Positions 29,356-40,183 of a DNA stretch of 64,000 bases are shown one piece after another (the first letter of the stretch is position 1; each line of letters starts with the position of its first letter). The stretch spans positions 407,674-471,673 of the forward strand of contig BPHQ01000002.1 of NCBI GenBank assembly GCA_026003615.1. Direction: 5' to 3'. The DNA is from Bellilinea sp. (GTDB lineage Bacteria > Chloroflexota > Anaerolineae > Anaerolineales > Anaerolineaceae). A program made the position numbers and the translations under genes. Under the pieces are notes generated by a model, which was given only the letters and a program-made list of their open reading frames with translations, did no database searches and was not told the origin of the DNA.

Positions 29356-29500
29356 TGCCAGTAAATTCGGAGAATTTGTCTGCATGATCAGGTTAGAGCT
29401 CGCAAAAGGCGATTTAAATTCCCCGGTTTCGGTGCCGAAAATTGTAAAACCAGTCATTTGAAGTTGAGTTCATAAAACATTTAGGAGAAGGTGAGAAATT

Positions 29501-29785
29501 ATGTGTGGTTGCATGCATTCGCATGGTTCGGCTCATTCGGAAAGGGTTCATTCTGATTCCGATTCAGAAATGAGTGAAAAAGAAATCACCTTGACCACGG
29601 AAAGACAACAAGCCTGTCATCATTGCGGGTTTCCTGTAAAACCCACTTTTCAATTTTGCCCAAATTGCGGAACCTCATTACGGGAGAAACATTGCCCGGC
29701 CTGTTATCAACTCGTTGATTCAGCAGCGCTAAATTGCCCATATTGTGGTTACCCACTTGCTGCCATCCATCAATCGAAATCCTGA
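29501..29785 (+). CDS. Double zinc-ribbon protein with His/Cys-rich N-terminus
   Basis: MCGCMHSH; CHHC, CPNC, CPAC, CPYC. Confidence 0.75.
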   Translation: MCGCMHSHGSAHSERVHSDSDSEMSEKEITLTTERQQACHHCGFPVKPTFQFCPNCGTSLREKHCPACYQLVDSAALNCPYCGYPLAAIHQSKS

Positions 29786-29817
29786 ACGAAAAGTAAATCT
29801 CTGATACGGAGGATACC

Positions 29818-30159
29818 GTGAACAAAATAAAAGGAATTGGATGGATATTCATTGGCCTGATCTTAATAGCCTTGCTCCTTCCCATTTTTATAGGAGTTTG
29901 GAATGGACGGGGAGTGTTGTGTAATGGATGGGGCTGGCATCCTTGGGGAATGATGTCGTGGGGATGGTTTACAATGCCATTTATGATGATCTTTTTCCTC
30001 GTTCTCGTGATTGTACTGATTTGGGGAGGATTTATGATTATTCAACAACTTCTTCGTTCCTCTTCTCCTTCACAAATGTCTCGATGCCCATCCTGCCAAA
30101 AACCCATTCAAAGCGAGTGGTCTCACTGCCCGTATTGTGGAGCAGCCCTGAAACAATAA
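29818..30159 (+). CDS. Membrane protein with C-terminal zinc ribbon
   Basis: Two hydrophobic segments around a GW/GMM-rich loop; CPSC..CPYC. Confidence 0.75.
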   Translation: MNKIKGIGWIFIGLILIALLLPIFIGVWNGRGVLCNGWGWHPWGMMSWGWFTMPFMMIFFLVLVIVLIWGGFMIIQQLLRSSSPSQMSRCPSCQKPIQSEWSHCPYCGAALKQ

Positions 30160-30184
30160 TTCCTCAGAATAGAATGCCGATGCA

Positions 30185-32326
30185 ATGAAAAATCATCCAG
30201 AACATCTATCATCTTATGGAAAAGATACCCTTCCAAAGGATAAAACCACTTCTCATGTAGAGCATGAACACCATCACCACAAGTCTGGTAAGGAATTCCA
30301 ACCGGAAAGAGGAATGCCTTCCGCTTCGCATTCCCCAACGCATTCGACCGGCAGTCACACGGTAGACCACCATGGACACGAAGAGTTGTTCCGCCGTCGT
30401 TTTTGGGGAAGTCTGCTTTTAACCCTGCCGGTTTTATTGTATAGCCACGAAATCCAGTCATGGTTTGGATTTCGGGCTCCTGCATTCCCGGGTAGCCAAT
30501 GGGTTCCATTGATTTTCTCTATAATCATCTTCATTTACGGTGGGATTCCCTTCTTACGCATGGCGGTGCCGGAATTGCGCAACCGCCAGCCGGGAATGAT
30601 GACGCTCATCTCCCTAGCTATTTCGACCGCATTTATATACAGCGTGTTGGGAACATTCTTTCCCGTTGGCGAAGGGTTCTTTTGGGAACTGGTTACCCTG
30701 ATTGACATCATGTTATTGGGACACTGGCTTGAAATGCGCTCGGTGAGGCAGGCTTCCGGCGCATTGAATGAATTGGCCCGCTTGATCCCTGATACTGCTG
30801 AAAGACTATCGCCCAATGGTCAGGTAGAAACAATCCCTGTTTCAGCGTTGCGTACCGATGATCTGGTTCTGGTGCGTCCCGGTTCAACCATTCCTGCAGA
30901 TGGTGTCGTGGTTGAAGGTGAATCTCGCGTTAACGAAGCCATGATCACTGGGGAATCTCTGCCCGTCAAGAAGGAAAAAGGCTCTAAAGTAATTGCCGGT
31001 ACCCTGAATGGAGAAGGCAGTTTGAGGGTTCGGGTTACTGCTGTGGGGGAGCAGACAGCGCTGGCAGGAATTATGCGATTGGTAGAACAGGCTCAGCAGT
31101 CCAAATCACGTACTCAGGTGCTGGCAGATCGAGCAGCGGGGTGGTTGTTTTATATTGCTGTAGGAGTGGCAATTCTCACGGCATTGATCTGGTCTGTTGC
31201 AATTGGATTTAATGTTGAAGTCCTTAAGCGCGTTGTAACTGTGTTGGTAATTGCCTGCCCTCATGCGCTTGGATTGGCCGTCCCTCTCGTTATTGCCATT
31301 ACGACAACCCTGGGTGCGCGAAATGGGATTTTGGTTCGCAACCGGCTGGCACTGGAAATAGCACGCGATGTGAATGTTGTCGTCTTTGATAAGACAGGCA
31401 CACTAACCGAAGGGAAATTCGGAGTTACAGCCATTATTACGACGGCTGACTGGAGTGAGGAGCGTGCCCTTGCTTTTGCCTCAGCCGCAGAAGGTGATTC
31501 GGAGCATTTGATCGCTCAGGCCTTACGACAGGCTGCCCACCTACGCAACCTTTCTTTGCCGGATGTGAAAGGTTTCGAAGCCCTGAAAGGACGTGGCGTT
31601 CAAGCGGTTGTTGAGGAAAAAACCATCTACGTAGGAGGTCCACGTCTCTTAGAAATGCTCCGCCTTGAGCTCTCGAATTCGCTTCAAGAGTTTACTCAGG
31701 CGCAAGAAAATAAAGCGCGAACGGTGGTGTACCTCTGTACAAATGAGGAGGTGATCGCCGCTTATGCAGTAGCAGATGTAATCCGACCTCAAAGCCGAGA
31801 GGCCGTTCAACACTTACATCAAATGGGAATTGAAGTGGCCATGCTGACGGGTGATAGCCTTGCCGTTGCCAGAGCGGTGGGAGAAGAGGTCGGTATTGAC
31901 CGTGTTTTTGCAGGAATTCTTCCCGAACATAAAGATCAAATCGTCGCCGAATTGCAAGCGCAGGGAAAACGCGTTGCAATGGTAGGGGATGGCATTAACG
32001 ATGCGCCGGCCTTAAGCCGGGCTGATGTCGGCATTGCCATTGGAGGGGGAACGGATGTGGCCATCGAGTCGGCGGGCATCATTCTTGTCCAAAACAATCC
32101 ACTGGATGTGGTAAAAATCATTGCCCTGAGTAGAGCAAGTTACCGTAAAATGGTTGAAAACCTGTGGTGGGCAGCAGGCTACAACATCATTACTTTGCCT
32201 TTAGCGGCTGGAGTGTTAGTACCGTGGGGAATCTCACTTTCTCCGGCTGTGGGAGCGTTTCTCATGTCACTGAGTACCCTGGTGGTAGCATTGAACGCTC
32301 AAACTCTGAGACGCATATCTCTTTAA
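30185..32326 (+). CDS. copB: Copper-translocating P1B-type ATPase (CopB type)
   Basis: His-rich N-terminus, [25 protein letters not shown] and MSLST motifs. Confidence 0.92.
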   Translation: MKNHPEHLSSYGKDTLPKDKTTSHVEHEHHHHKSGKEFQPERGMPSASHSPTHSTGSHTVDHHGHEELFRRRFWGSLLLTLPVLLYSHEIQSWFGFRAPAFPGSQWVPLIFSIIIFIYGGIPFLRMAVPELRNRQPGMMTLISLAISTAFIYSVLGTFFPVGEGFFWELVTLIDIMLLGHWLEMRSVRQASGALNELARLIPDTAERLSPNGQVETIPVSALRTDDLVLVRPGSTIPADGVVVEGESRVNEAMITGESLPVKKEKGSKVIAGTLNGEGSLRVRVTAVGEQTALAGIMRLVEQAQQSKSRTQVLADRAAGWLFYIAVGVAILTALIWSVAIGFNVEVLKRVVTVLVIACPHALGLAVPLVIAITTTLGARNGILVRNRLALEIARDVNVVVFDKTGTLTEGKFGVTAIITTADWSEERALAFASAAEGDSEHLIAQALRQAAHLRNLSLPDVKGFEALKGRGVQAVVEEKTIYVGGPRLLEMLRLELSNSLQEFTQAQENKARTVVYLCTNEEVIAAYAVADVIRPQSREAVQHLHQMGIEVAMLTGDSLAVARAVGEEVGIDRVFAGILPEHKDQIVAELQAQGKRVAMVGDGINDAPALSRADVGIAIGGGTDVAIESAGIILVQNNPLDVVKIIALSRASYRKMVENLWWAAGYNIITLPLAAGVLVPWGISLSPAVGAFLMSLSTLVVALNAQTLRRISL

Positions 32327-32336
32327 TAACCTTGCA

Positions 32337-32819
32337 ATGAAAGGAACACAGATGAAAACATCCTCCAAACGGAAACGGAAGCAAGCAAAGCCCCTCTCTT
32401 TACGCACTTATCTCATTATTGGAAGTGCATTGCTTCTAGCTGTTGCTGCGTACTGGTGGCTTATTCGCCCCAACATAGAAAAACCTCCTGCGATAAGTGT
32501 GGATCAGACGCAAATCAATTTCGGCGATGTTCAATTGGGAACCCCCATATCTTTTAAAATCAGGGTAACCAATAATGGAGAAGGCCCCCTAAGATTTAAA
32601 GAAACACCCTACATCGAAGTTTTGGAAGGGTGTTGACCGCCTCAGTTAACCATCGGTTCGATGGTGATCAAACCCGGTGAAAGTACTATCCTTACTTCCA
32701 GTGTTTTTCTCATGCATGAGGGTATGGAAGGTTACCACGATTTTGCCGTTCACTTGAAAACAAATGATCCTCAACAGCCGGATCTGGTAGTGCGTGTTAT
32801 TTCGAATTGGGTTCCCTGA
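32337..32819 (+). CDS. DUF1573-like membrane-anchored Ig-fold protein; probable selenoprotein (UGA at 32634-32636)
   Basis: INFGDV..F..TNNGEGPL..EGC-TGA is followed in frame by 60 sense codons (PPQL..IKPGES..MHEGMEGYH..KTNDP..) and a hairpin at 32649-32665. Confidence 0.72.
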
Positions 32820-32840
32820 GCGGCTGAGAAGCGAAAAAGA

Positions 32841-33551
32841 ATGAGCGAGCGAACTACCCGCTTGGTTTTGATAATTCTGCTGATTGTATATGGAAAATGG
32901 GTGTTAACCCCTTTTCTGGCCCCTGTTTTTATGAAAATCGGCTGGCAAGGTGCCGCAAAAGGCATTTACCTGCTCTACTCTGTTTTCTGCCATCAATTAC
33001 CTCAACGTTCGTTTTTTCTCTTTGGTGAGAAAACCATGTATTCACTGGCAGAGATTCAAGAGGTGTGGAAAGCAACAGGTGATCCGCTCAGTTTACGCCA
33101 ATTTATAGGGAATCCGCAAATGGGGTGGAAGGTGGCCTGGTCCGATCGCATGGTCGCTTTTTACACGGCTATCTGGTTTTTTTCATTGTGGCGTTGGTGG
33201 ATTCACCCTCCTCGTTCTTCTCGAGCAAATCTAAAATTATTGATTTTTCTACTGCCCATGGTTTTGGATGGTGTCACTCACTTCATCAGTGATCTTTCAG
33301 GTCTTGAACGTGGATTTCGAGCCACCAATGGGTGGTTGGTCAGTCTCACCGGCAATATCCTGCCGCCCTGGTTTTATGCGGGGGATGCATTCGGATCGTT
33401 CAACTCATGGATGCGCCTTCTGAGCGGGCTGCTTGCGGCGTGGGGTATTGTCGAATTTTTAAGACCTTACTGGTATATTCATCAGGAATTAACCTCAATC
33501 ACCATTCCAGTACACGCGATAGGGGGCTATAATCCAGACAAAGGAAAATGA
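32841..33551 (+). CDS. DUF2085-family membrane protein
   Basis: YSVFCHQLPQRSFF motif, LPMVLDG, several TM segments. Confidence 0.75.
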   Translation: MSERTTRLVLIILLIVYGKWVLTPFLAPVFMKIGWQGAAKGIYLLYSVFCHQLPQRSFFLFGEKTMYSLAEIQEVWKATGDPLSLRQFIGNPQMGWKVAWSDRMVAFYTAIWFFSLWRWWIHPPRSSRANLKLLIFLLPMVLDGVTHFISDLSGLERGFRATNGWLVSLTGNILPPWFYAGDAFGSFNSWMRLLSGLLAAWGIVEFLRPYWYIHQELTSITIPVHAIGGYNPDKGK

Positions 33552-33554
33552 GTT

Positions 33555-34247
33555 GTGGAAAAAGCACTCACGAAGAGCAAAATACGCGTTATCCTCGCCG
33601 ATGACCATCGTCTTGTGCGAGCAGGGATTCGGCAGTTATTGGAGAAAGAGCGCGATATTCAGGTTGTGGACGAAGTAACCGATGGGGAAGAAGCTTTAGC
33701 CTCCATTGAAAAACATCAACCTGATGTTGCGGTTCTGGATATTCAGATGCCCAAAGCAAGCGGCATTGAGGTAACCCAACGGGTGCGAGTTCGTTATCCG
33801 CATGTGGGTATTCTCATCCTTACTGCATACGATGATGAGCCTTATGTGATGGCTATTCTCCAGGCTGGAGCAAACGGCTATATCTTGAAAACGGCGGATT
33901 CGGCGGAACTGGTTCAGGCAGTGCGGGATGTCAATGACGGGAAATCTATCCTTGACCCCACCATTGCCCGAAAACTCCTGCCTGCCCTCTTTCAACGCAG
34001 CGAGCGGATGATTGATCCCCTCACCGAACGGGAGCTGGATGTGTTGCGACTTGCGGCAAAGGGATATACCAATAAAGCCATTGGCGTTCAACTGGGAATC
34101 AGCGACCGCACCGTGCAGGGTCATCTGGCTCACATTTTTGCCAAATTACAGGTAAACAGCCGAACGGAGGCAGTCATGCGAGCCATTGCACTGGGGCTTA
34201 TTCCTCAACCGGCCAGTTTCATGGAAGATGGATTTGCTTCCTCATGA
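33555..34247 (+). CDS. NarL/LuxR-family response regulator
   Basis: ADDH, VLDIQMP receiver; [25 protein letters not shown]. Confidence 0.93.
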   Translation: MEKALTKSKIRVILADDHRLVRAGIRQLLEKERDIQVVDEVTDGEEALASIEKHQPDVAVLDIQMPKASGIEVTQRVRVRYPHVGILILTAYDDEPYVMAILQAGANGYILKTADSAELVQAVRDVNDGKSILDPTIARKLLPALFQRSERMIDPLTERELDVLRLAAKGYTNKAIGVQLGISDRTVQGHLAHIFAKLQVNSRTEAVMRAIALGLIPQPASFMEDGFASS

Positions 34248-35377
34248 AAAGAATAGATACGATGTTCACCAGTGCCTCAACTCTGCGGGTGTTATTCTGG
34301 TTTATTCTCCCTATAACACTCATTCTGATCCTTGTGGTCATTGGCAGTCTGGCGTTGCATCAACAGGTAATGCGTCAGTATCTGTCCGAAGAAGCCTGGA
34401 AGGCTGCCACCAACCCGACTCTGGAATTAACCCTGATTGCCCCCTTGATATTATTGATCCCACTGGCGGTTACAGCCGCTGCGCTTTGGTTTGGAAGCAA
34501 TCAGGTCATACGGCCTTTACAAGAATTAGAAAAACAAGCCACATTACTGGGTCAAGGAAATTTTAATGCCCTCCAACAACCTGTTGGAGGGATTGTGGAA
34601 ATTCAGCGGTTGCAACGTGAACTCATGGAGATGGCGCGAAAGGTTCACTCCTCTCAAGAAGGACTGCGAGACTATATCAACGCTATCACCACAGCACAAG
34701 AAGAAGAACGCCGCCGGTTGGCTCGAGAACTTCATGATGAGACCATTCAGGCTTTGATTGCCCTCAAGCACCGCATGCAGCTGGCAAGGAAATCGGTTCG
34801 TGAGTCGGGAAGCAAAACATATTTTCAAGAACTGGAAGACCTGACAGAAGAAACCATTGAAAATCTACGAAGATTGACAAAAGCTTTACGCCCGATTTAC
34901 CTTGAAGATTTGGGATTGGTGACGGCGTTGGAAATGCTGGCCCGCGAAATTGAACATGCCAGTGGAATTCAAATTCATTTTCAGCGAACCGGTCCCGAAA
35001 AACGACTTGACTCACGAATTGAACTTGCCCTTTACCGCATTGCCCAGGAAGCCCTTAATAATGTGGTGCGGCATTCTCAGGCGAAAGAAGCAAGGTTGAC
35101 CATTCGGTTCGACAATCCGATCACACTGGAAGTTTGGGATAATGGAATCGGATTCTCCTTACCGCCTACCCCCACTGATTTTGCCATCCGCGGACATTTT
35201 GGGCTACTCGGTATGCGAGAACGGGCAGAATTGATTGGCGCCCATCTGGAAGTGCTTACCCGACCGGGTGACACACGAGTCAGGATAACCCTTCCAATGG
35301 ATGGAATGGTGGGTGAAAGAATATTACGGGAGGAGAAATTATTTATTTCTCCCACGCAAACTGAAAAATATAACTGA
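34244..35377 (+). CDS. HAMP-domain sensor histidine kinase (HisKA_3)
   Basis: Two [46 protein letters not shown]. Confidence 0.92.
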   Translation: MKRIDTMFTSASTLRVLFWFILPITLILILVVIGSLALHQQVMRQYLSEEAWKAATNPTLELTLIAPLILLIPLAVTAAALWFGSNQVIRPLQELEKQATLLGQGNFNALQQPVGGIVEIQRLQRELMEMARKVHSSQEGLRDYINAITTAQEEERRRLARELHDETIQALIALKHRMQLARKSVRESGSKTYFQELEDLTEETIENLRRLTKALRPIYLEDLGLVTALEMLAREIEHASGIQIHFQRTGPEKRLDSRIELALYRIAQEALNNVVRHSQAKEARLTIRFDNPITLEVWDNGIGFSLPPTPTDFAIRGHFGLLGMRERAELIGAHLEVLTRPGDTRVRITLPMDGMVGERILREEKLFISPTQTEKYN

Positions 35378-36332
35378 CGAGGGCTTCAATTTGCTCATCG
35401 GTCAGAATTGGCCCCCAATATGGCATTCCGGTGCCCATGCCGCCTCTTATTATTTTTCCTTCCAGTAAAGCCGGACTTGCTCCAAAAAGATGGTTTGGAT
35501 CGGTAAAATCTGGCGGTCTGGTTCTTTCACCAGAGGAATGCTCTTCGGTATCTGGAGGCATTAAATCCCGAACCATCACCCCATCTCCTTTACCGGTTTC
35601 ACCATGACAGGCAGCACAATTCTCGGCATAGAGTTGTTTGGCTTCTGCCAGTAACTCCGGCGAGGTCTGTTGTTCCCAAATCCAGGCCACAATATTCCAG
35701 ATTTCATCATCGCTTAATTCGATAAGTTTCTGCTCGGCTCGTAACCTTAACCACAGATTAGCCGGGCTTGAGGTACGGTACGTTTGTTTATCGAGCGCGT
35801 ACGAAGGCAGCAAGCGGGCAAAAGTGCTTCCCTGTTGCGGGTCAACAGAGTTTGATGGCACTTCTTCTGCCGGATGGGGAGCGTCTATCTCCAGTCCCAT
35901 TTTGAGATATAAAGGTTGATCTTCCACAAGCGGAGTGCCTTCCCCAACGACTTCGATAACTCCTCGCATCCGCCAGTGATTCTCGCCACACCAGCGGGTG
36001 CAGTAAAATGTATAAGTGCCCGGTTGATTGAACATCAGGTTAACTTCTACCACTTTTCCGGGTTCAATCTCCACGGAGGAAGGTTCATCCATCTTTCCAA
36101 TGGCGAAACCGTGGATTACATCTTCACTGGTGAGCCGCAATTTCAGAGGTTCACCTACTTGTGCAGTAATTCTGCTTGGTGACCACCCCCCTTTTTCTGG
36201 CATACGAGCATGAATAACCCATGTTGGAAGGTCATTGGGGATGGCTTGCAGCCACTTGCCTGCAAAAGGTATTAACAAGGCGGCTCCGATCAGCACCACC
36301 AGAATCGCACGAGCCCAATATTCCTGTTTCAC
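35343..36332 (-). CDS. Cupredoxin (CuA-type) + cytochrome c fusion protein
   Basis: DVIHGF..CTRWCGENHWRM (CuA ligand pattern); CAACH heme motif; GTGMPYW distal Met. Confidence 0.85.
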   Translation of the reverse strand: MKQEYWARAILVVLIGAALLIPFAGKWLQAIPNDLPTWVIHARMPEKGGWSPSRITAQVGEPLKLRLTSEDVIHGFAIGKMDEPSSVEIEPGKVVEVNLMFNQPGTYTFYCTRWCGENHWRMRGVIEVVGEGTPLVEDQPLYLKMGLEIDAPHPAEEVPSNSVDPQQGSTFARLLPSYALDKQTYRTSSPANLWLRLRAEQKLIELSDDEIWNIVAWIWEQQTSPELLAEAKQLYAENCAACHGETGKGDGVMVRDLMPPDTEEHSSGERTRPPDFTDPNHLFGASPALLEGKIIRGGMGTGMPYWGPILTDEQIEALVSYIFQFAWEK

Positions 36333-36337
36333 TTTGT

Positions 36338-37663
36338 TTACCCTATTAATAACCACAGCATGGCTATCCCAAAACTTGCAATAAACAATACCAGCGGCAT
36401 AACCTGGCGATGAGAACAGCTCAATTGACGGGCTGTCCGCGCTGCCCAGAACATTCCTGCGGCAATAACCACAACCTGGAGAAAACTACTCAGCGGTGAT
36501 ATCTCACCAACACCATTTTTTCCACTCAGCCCCAGTAAATTCCATCCCCACCCCAGAGGATCTGAAAGGACGGGAAGGATATAAGAAAATTTTGTGAAAG
36601 CAAATGAGATCGTAAAAGCAATCCAGCCGGTTAAACCCAACGGCACAAGAAATGAGCTGAAATAAGTAAGCGCAGAACGAAGGGGACTCCCCGATCTTTC
36701 CAGGCGGGTGCTGCTCCACACTGCCAGCAAATAAAGACCGGGTATAAGGAAAAGTGCTCCCAGCAGAAATGCAATAACGAACCACCACCACTCCGACGTG
36801 CCGACCCCGTAAGCAGCGGATTTGAGTTTTCCCCACGGCCCCAAAAAGATTGCGGCATCTGCTAAAGCTGTGGTTAACATCATCAACCCAAAAAATGTTT
36901 CGTCCAGAGTGGTTTTGAATCCTTTTGAAATTTCCTCCCCCCACGGACGAATATTCACAGAAATATTATCGTAAGGACACACCCGCAGACATTCCATACA
37001 AAGTCCGCAATTGGCGCTGGTTTTTAAGGCTAGCGGATATTGACCCCATGGGCAGGCTTGATAACAGGTTTTTTCACCATGGTGGGCACAGAGAACGGAC
37101 TGCTTTGCCTGCACTTCCAATGGTGCCAGTTTGGCATATAGCCCTGTAAAACCTCCGATTGGGCACAGGTACAGACAAAAGGATCGCCGTTCGAAGATCA
37201 GACTCAGAATAAAAGCCACAATAATTAACCCCAACAATATAAGGGCAGTAACCCGCGGAGAAGTTAAAATAACCGCTCCAAAAAGACCAATCAACAGAAA
37301 AGCAAATGCCTGAAGCCAGTTTCCTCGTAAAGCTTTCGGCCAATTTTTCCGTTTCGGCGATTGGAAACGGCGCGGTTTGAAGATTCCCTCATTTTGAAGC
37401 CATTCTCCCGGCATGGGAATCGGGCAAATACTACACCATAATCGCCCTCCCACAGGGATAAAGAATAATTTCAGTACACTCCACCACGCTATCCATACGA
37501 AGATAACGGCGAAATTATTGCTGCCGACCTCGGATCCGATTAAACCTGTGAGAATGGTGAATATAAATCCAGCTAAAGTTACCGCACGAATCAAAAATTG
37601 CGGCCAACGGTTCCGAAGTAATGGAGCAATGTAGGGGGATTGACTCAAATCTATCCGGCTCAT
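36338..37663 (-). CDS. Membrane polyferredoxin (4Fe-4S binding, NapH/NosR/FixG-like)
   Basis: GRLWCSICP, RSFCLYLCP, CYQACP, CGLCMECLRVCP; many TM helices. Confidence 0.85.
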   Translation of the reverse strand: MSRIDLSQSPYIAPLLRNRWPQFLIRAVTLAGFIFTILTGLIGSEVGSNNFAVIFVWIAWWSVLKLFFIPVGGRLWCSICPIPMPGEWLQNEGIFKPRRFQSPKRKNWPKALRGNWLQAFAFLLIGLFGAVILTSPRVTALILLGLIIVAFILSLIFERRSFCLYLCPIGGFTGLYAKLAPLEVQAKQSVLCAHHGEKTCYQACPWGQYPLALKTSANCGLCMECLRVCPYDNISVNIRPWGEEISKGFKTTLDETFFGLMMLTTALADAAIFLGPWGKLKSAAYGVGTSEWWWFVIAFLLGALFLIPGLYLLAVWSSTRLERSGSPLRSALTYFSSFLVPLGLTGWIAFTISFAFTKFSYILPVLSDPLGWGWNLLGLSGKNGVGEISPLSSFLQVVVIAAGMFWAARTARQLSCSHRQVMPLVLFIASFGIAMLWLLIG

Positions 37664-38160
37664 AGAGTGCCTTTGTCAGGTCGTCGGAAGGAAGTTGATG
37701 AAATTCTCATTGCCACGCCGATTCCCAACAATCCCAACGCCACGCCACGGATCAGGAAAATATCGGACCCTACGCGCAGCTTACCTATCATGAACGGGTG
37801 GAGATTGCCACAAGGAACTGCACATCGAAAACGGAAGACGCCGGAACGATCCGCCGTAAAAGTTGCCTGTGCCGTTTGACCGGGTTCTGCTCTCATTACC
37901 AGCGAATAACCATCCAGGGATAACCCGTGAATGACATCGGTGGAAACAAGCTCAATCGTGATTCGATCACCAGTATTAACATGAATTTCTTCAGGGGTGA
38001 ACTGATAAGCACTGGCTTCAATGCGGATATGCCGTTCCTGGGGAGGTTTTTCTGGCAAGGGCAACGGTAGCCATAAAATGCCTGCTGCCAGAAGGATCGA
38101 AAACCAGTTTTGCGTGATAAAGGATTTCAGGGTGTTGACAAAGGTAGCAATTCTGTTCAT
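37660..38160 (-). CDS. Membrane-anchored cupredoxin (CuA-type)
   Basis: DVIHGL..FRCAVPCGNLHPFM. Confidence 0.85.
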   Translation of the reverse strand: MNRIATFVNTLKSFITQNWFSILLAAGILWLPLPLPEKPPQERHIRIEASAYQFTPEEIHVNTGDRITIELVSTDVIHGLSLDGYSLVMRAEPGQTAQATFTADRSGVFRFRCAVPCGNLHPFMIGKLRVGSDIFLIRGVALGLLGIGVAMRISSTSFRRPDKGTL

Positions 38161-38622
38161 TGAGACAGCGATGTTGGGGAACCGTATTTAGAATAGGTTT
38201 GATCAATGATCCCTTGAATTTCTTCCAATGATTTACCGTTTTGCTGCAAACGCATGACATCCTGAGTAATATCCACACAAATCGAGCATCCCAAAGCGTG
38301 GGTGTCAAAGGTAATGTTCCCCGACAAAGACACTTCTTTTACATAACATGCATAATTGGAAGTGTGGCCTATGGCACCACACCCACAGTAACAGGGGATT
38401 TGTTTCATCACATCGGGGTTGGCTACCGCAAAACGGTATGCTTCCTGAACAGAAACAGGGGAGTCCTGCACCTCTGCCGGCATTTGGGCGAGGGGGTGCC
38501 ATCAGGATATGGTCAGTTGAGGATTCGCCACAGGCGGTTACTAAAACCGGCAACAAGAGAAAGAGAATTATTATCCCCCTACGAGGAGAAAACCGTGTAT
38601 GCTCAAAGTTTAAGGTAAACAT
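38157..38622 (-). pseudogene. PCYCGC-motif lipoprotein, split by a +1 frameshift in a C5 run near 38495
   Basis: Lipobox VTAC in one frame; IPCYCGC..H..C..HALGCSIC in the next. Removing one C gives MAPLAQMPAEVQ. Confidence 0.75.
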
Positions 38623-39043
38623 ACAACCTCAATTTGGTTTGATCTTTTCAGAAGTATATTGAAAATAGAAAAATAATTTGAGCGCCATCTCGCTTTGTAT
38701 TTTGTAAGCATAATTGCTTATTAGGCTGAATTGACTACCCACCAACTCTTTGTGGAACCTAAGCTTGGTAATATTAAGTTTTCCTAAAGCTTTTTGTCAT
38801 TTGAGTGACCGAAAAGAGTAACGGTGATTGACTTGAGACTACGTCATATTGAATAACCTATTAAGCGTGTAATAAAAAATTGCTCTACCTAAAAAACATA
38901 TTTAGTGACTATACCAACTGTATGCAATGATTTATTAATTAAATGAAAGTTTACCAATTATTGAATAATTCACTTCTTCTATATTGAATTGGAATCATGC
39001 CGGTTATATAAACTTTCTTCCTGTTTTCCTTCTAAAATATTAC

Positions 39044-39862
39044 CTACACCCCCTCCACCGCATCCTGTATCCGCTCCGCAGTCGGGTGCAGGTAACGCCC
39101 GGTCGTCTCAATCCGGGAATGCCCCAAGATCGCCGCAAGCGTGGCTACATCCACGCCCTTCTCAATCGCACGGGTGGCAAAGGTGTGCCGTAAGGTGTGC
39201 GGGGTGGCTTCCACCCCCGCAACCCGGCCATACTCCGCTACCATACGCTGCACATCCCGCTCCGCAAGCGCCCTGCCGCTGCGGGAGAGGAACAGCCAGT
39301 CCAGGTCTACCTTCGGTCTTTCGTCCAGCCAGGTCTTCAAAGCCTGCCGCACCTCACCGTTCAATGGCACACGGCGGGTCTTGTTGCCCTTGCCACTTCT
39401 CACCGTCAACCAGCCCGAACGCCCGTTCATCTCGACATCTCCCAGCCGCAGGCGCACCACCTCACCCACCCGCAAGCCTGCCCGTGCCATCAGGTTCAGG
39501 ATGGCGGTGTCCCGCTGGCTGCCTTCGGCGGCGGCAAACAGCCTGCCCAACTCACGGGCGGAGAGGGCTTTGAGGGGCGGCGTGACCTGCTTGGGGCCTT
39601 TCACCTTCAAGGTGCGCCCCAGGTGGCGCAAGAGTGAGCGGATGGCTGCCAATCGCAGGTTGACGCTGGCCGGTGAGAGCCTGCGCACGGTTTGCAGGTA
39701 GGCGGTGTAGTCCTTCACTTCAACGGCGGTGAGCAGGTTCCAGTCCACACCTGCGCCGGTGGTGCGGGTGTACCACTCGGTAAATTCGTCCAGCGCAGAG
39801 CGGTAGCGTTCTGCCGTGCGGGGGCTGGTGAGGGTTGACAGGAAGTCCTCTATGGGGTTCAT
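39044..39862 (-). CDS. Second tyrosine recombinase (XerD-like resolvase)
   Basis: AGLRVGEV, GKGNKTR, PHTLRHTFA, LGHS..TTGRY. Confidence 0.92.
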   Translation of the reverse strand: MNPIEDFLSTLTSPRTAERYRSALDEFTEWYTRTTGAGVDWNLLTAVEVKDYTAYLQTVRRLSPASVNLRLAAIRSLLRHLGRTLKVKGPKQVTPPLKALSARELGRLFAAAEGSQRDTAILNLMARAGLRVGEVVRLRLGDVEMNGRSGWLTVRSGKGNKTRRVPLNGEVRQALKTWLDERPKVDLDWLFLSRSGRALAERDVQRMVAEYGRVAGVEATPHTLRHTFATRAIEKGVDVATLAAILGHSRIETTGRYLHPTAERIQDAVEGV

Positions 39863-39886
39863 TGGTGCGGTTTCCTTTCGCTAAAA

Positions 39887-39998
39887 ACATTGTGCGACGC
39901 AGTTTGGAGGGGTTTTCAACCCCAAAAACGGGGGTTTTGAGGGGTTTTTGGGGTGTTTTGCGTCTTACAATGTATATTGTACGACTATGTTGTGCGAT
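39887..39998. promoter_or_regulatory. Putative recombinase binding / resolution site
   Basis: ACATTGTGCGACGCA (39887) and inverted TGCGTCTTACAATGT (39959) match 13/15; related boxes at 39974 and 39987. Confidence 0.55.
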
Positions 39999-40183
39999 AC
40001 GCAAAGTGGGCCGTTTGTGCCTGAATTCTAAGGATTTGTTAACCTGTTGTTAACCTTTGCGATCTCAAAAATACCCTCACGGAAGCCTCCCTGGCAGCCT
40101 GCCCCTGAGTATCATAAAGAAAATACCGTTTCCCGTCTTTTTTCGAACCAAAAATCTCCTTCCAACCTGATGTCATACTTCCC

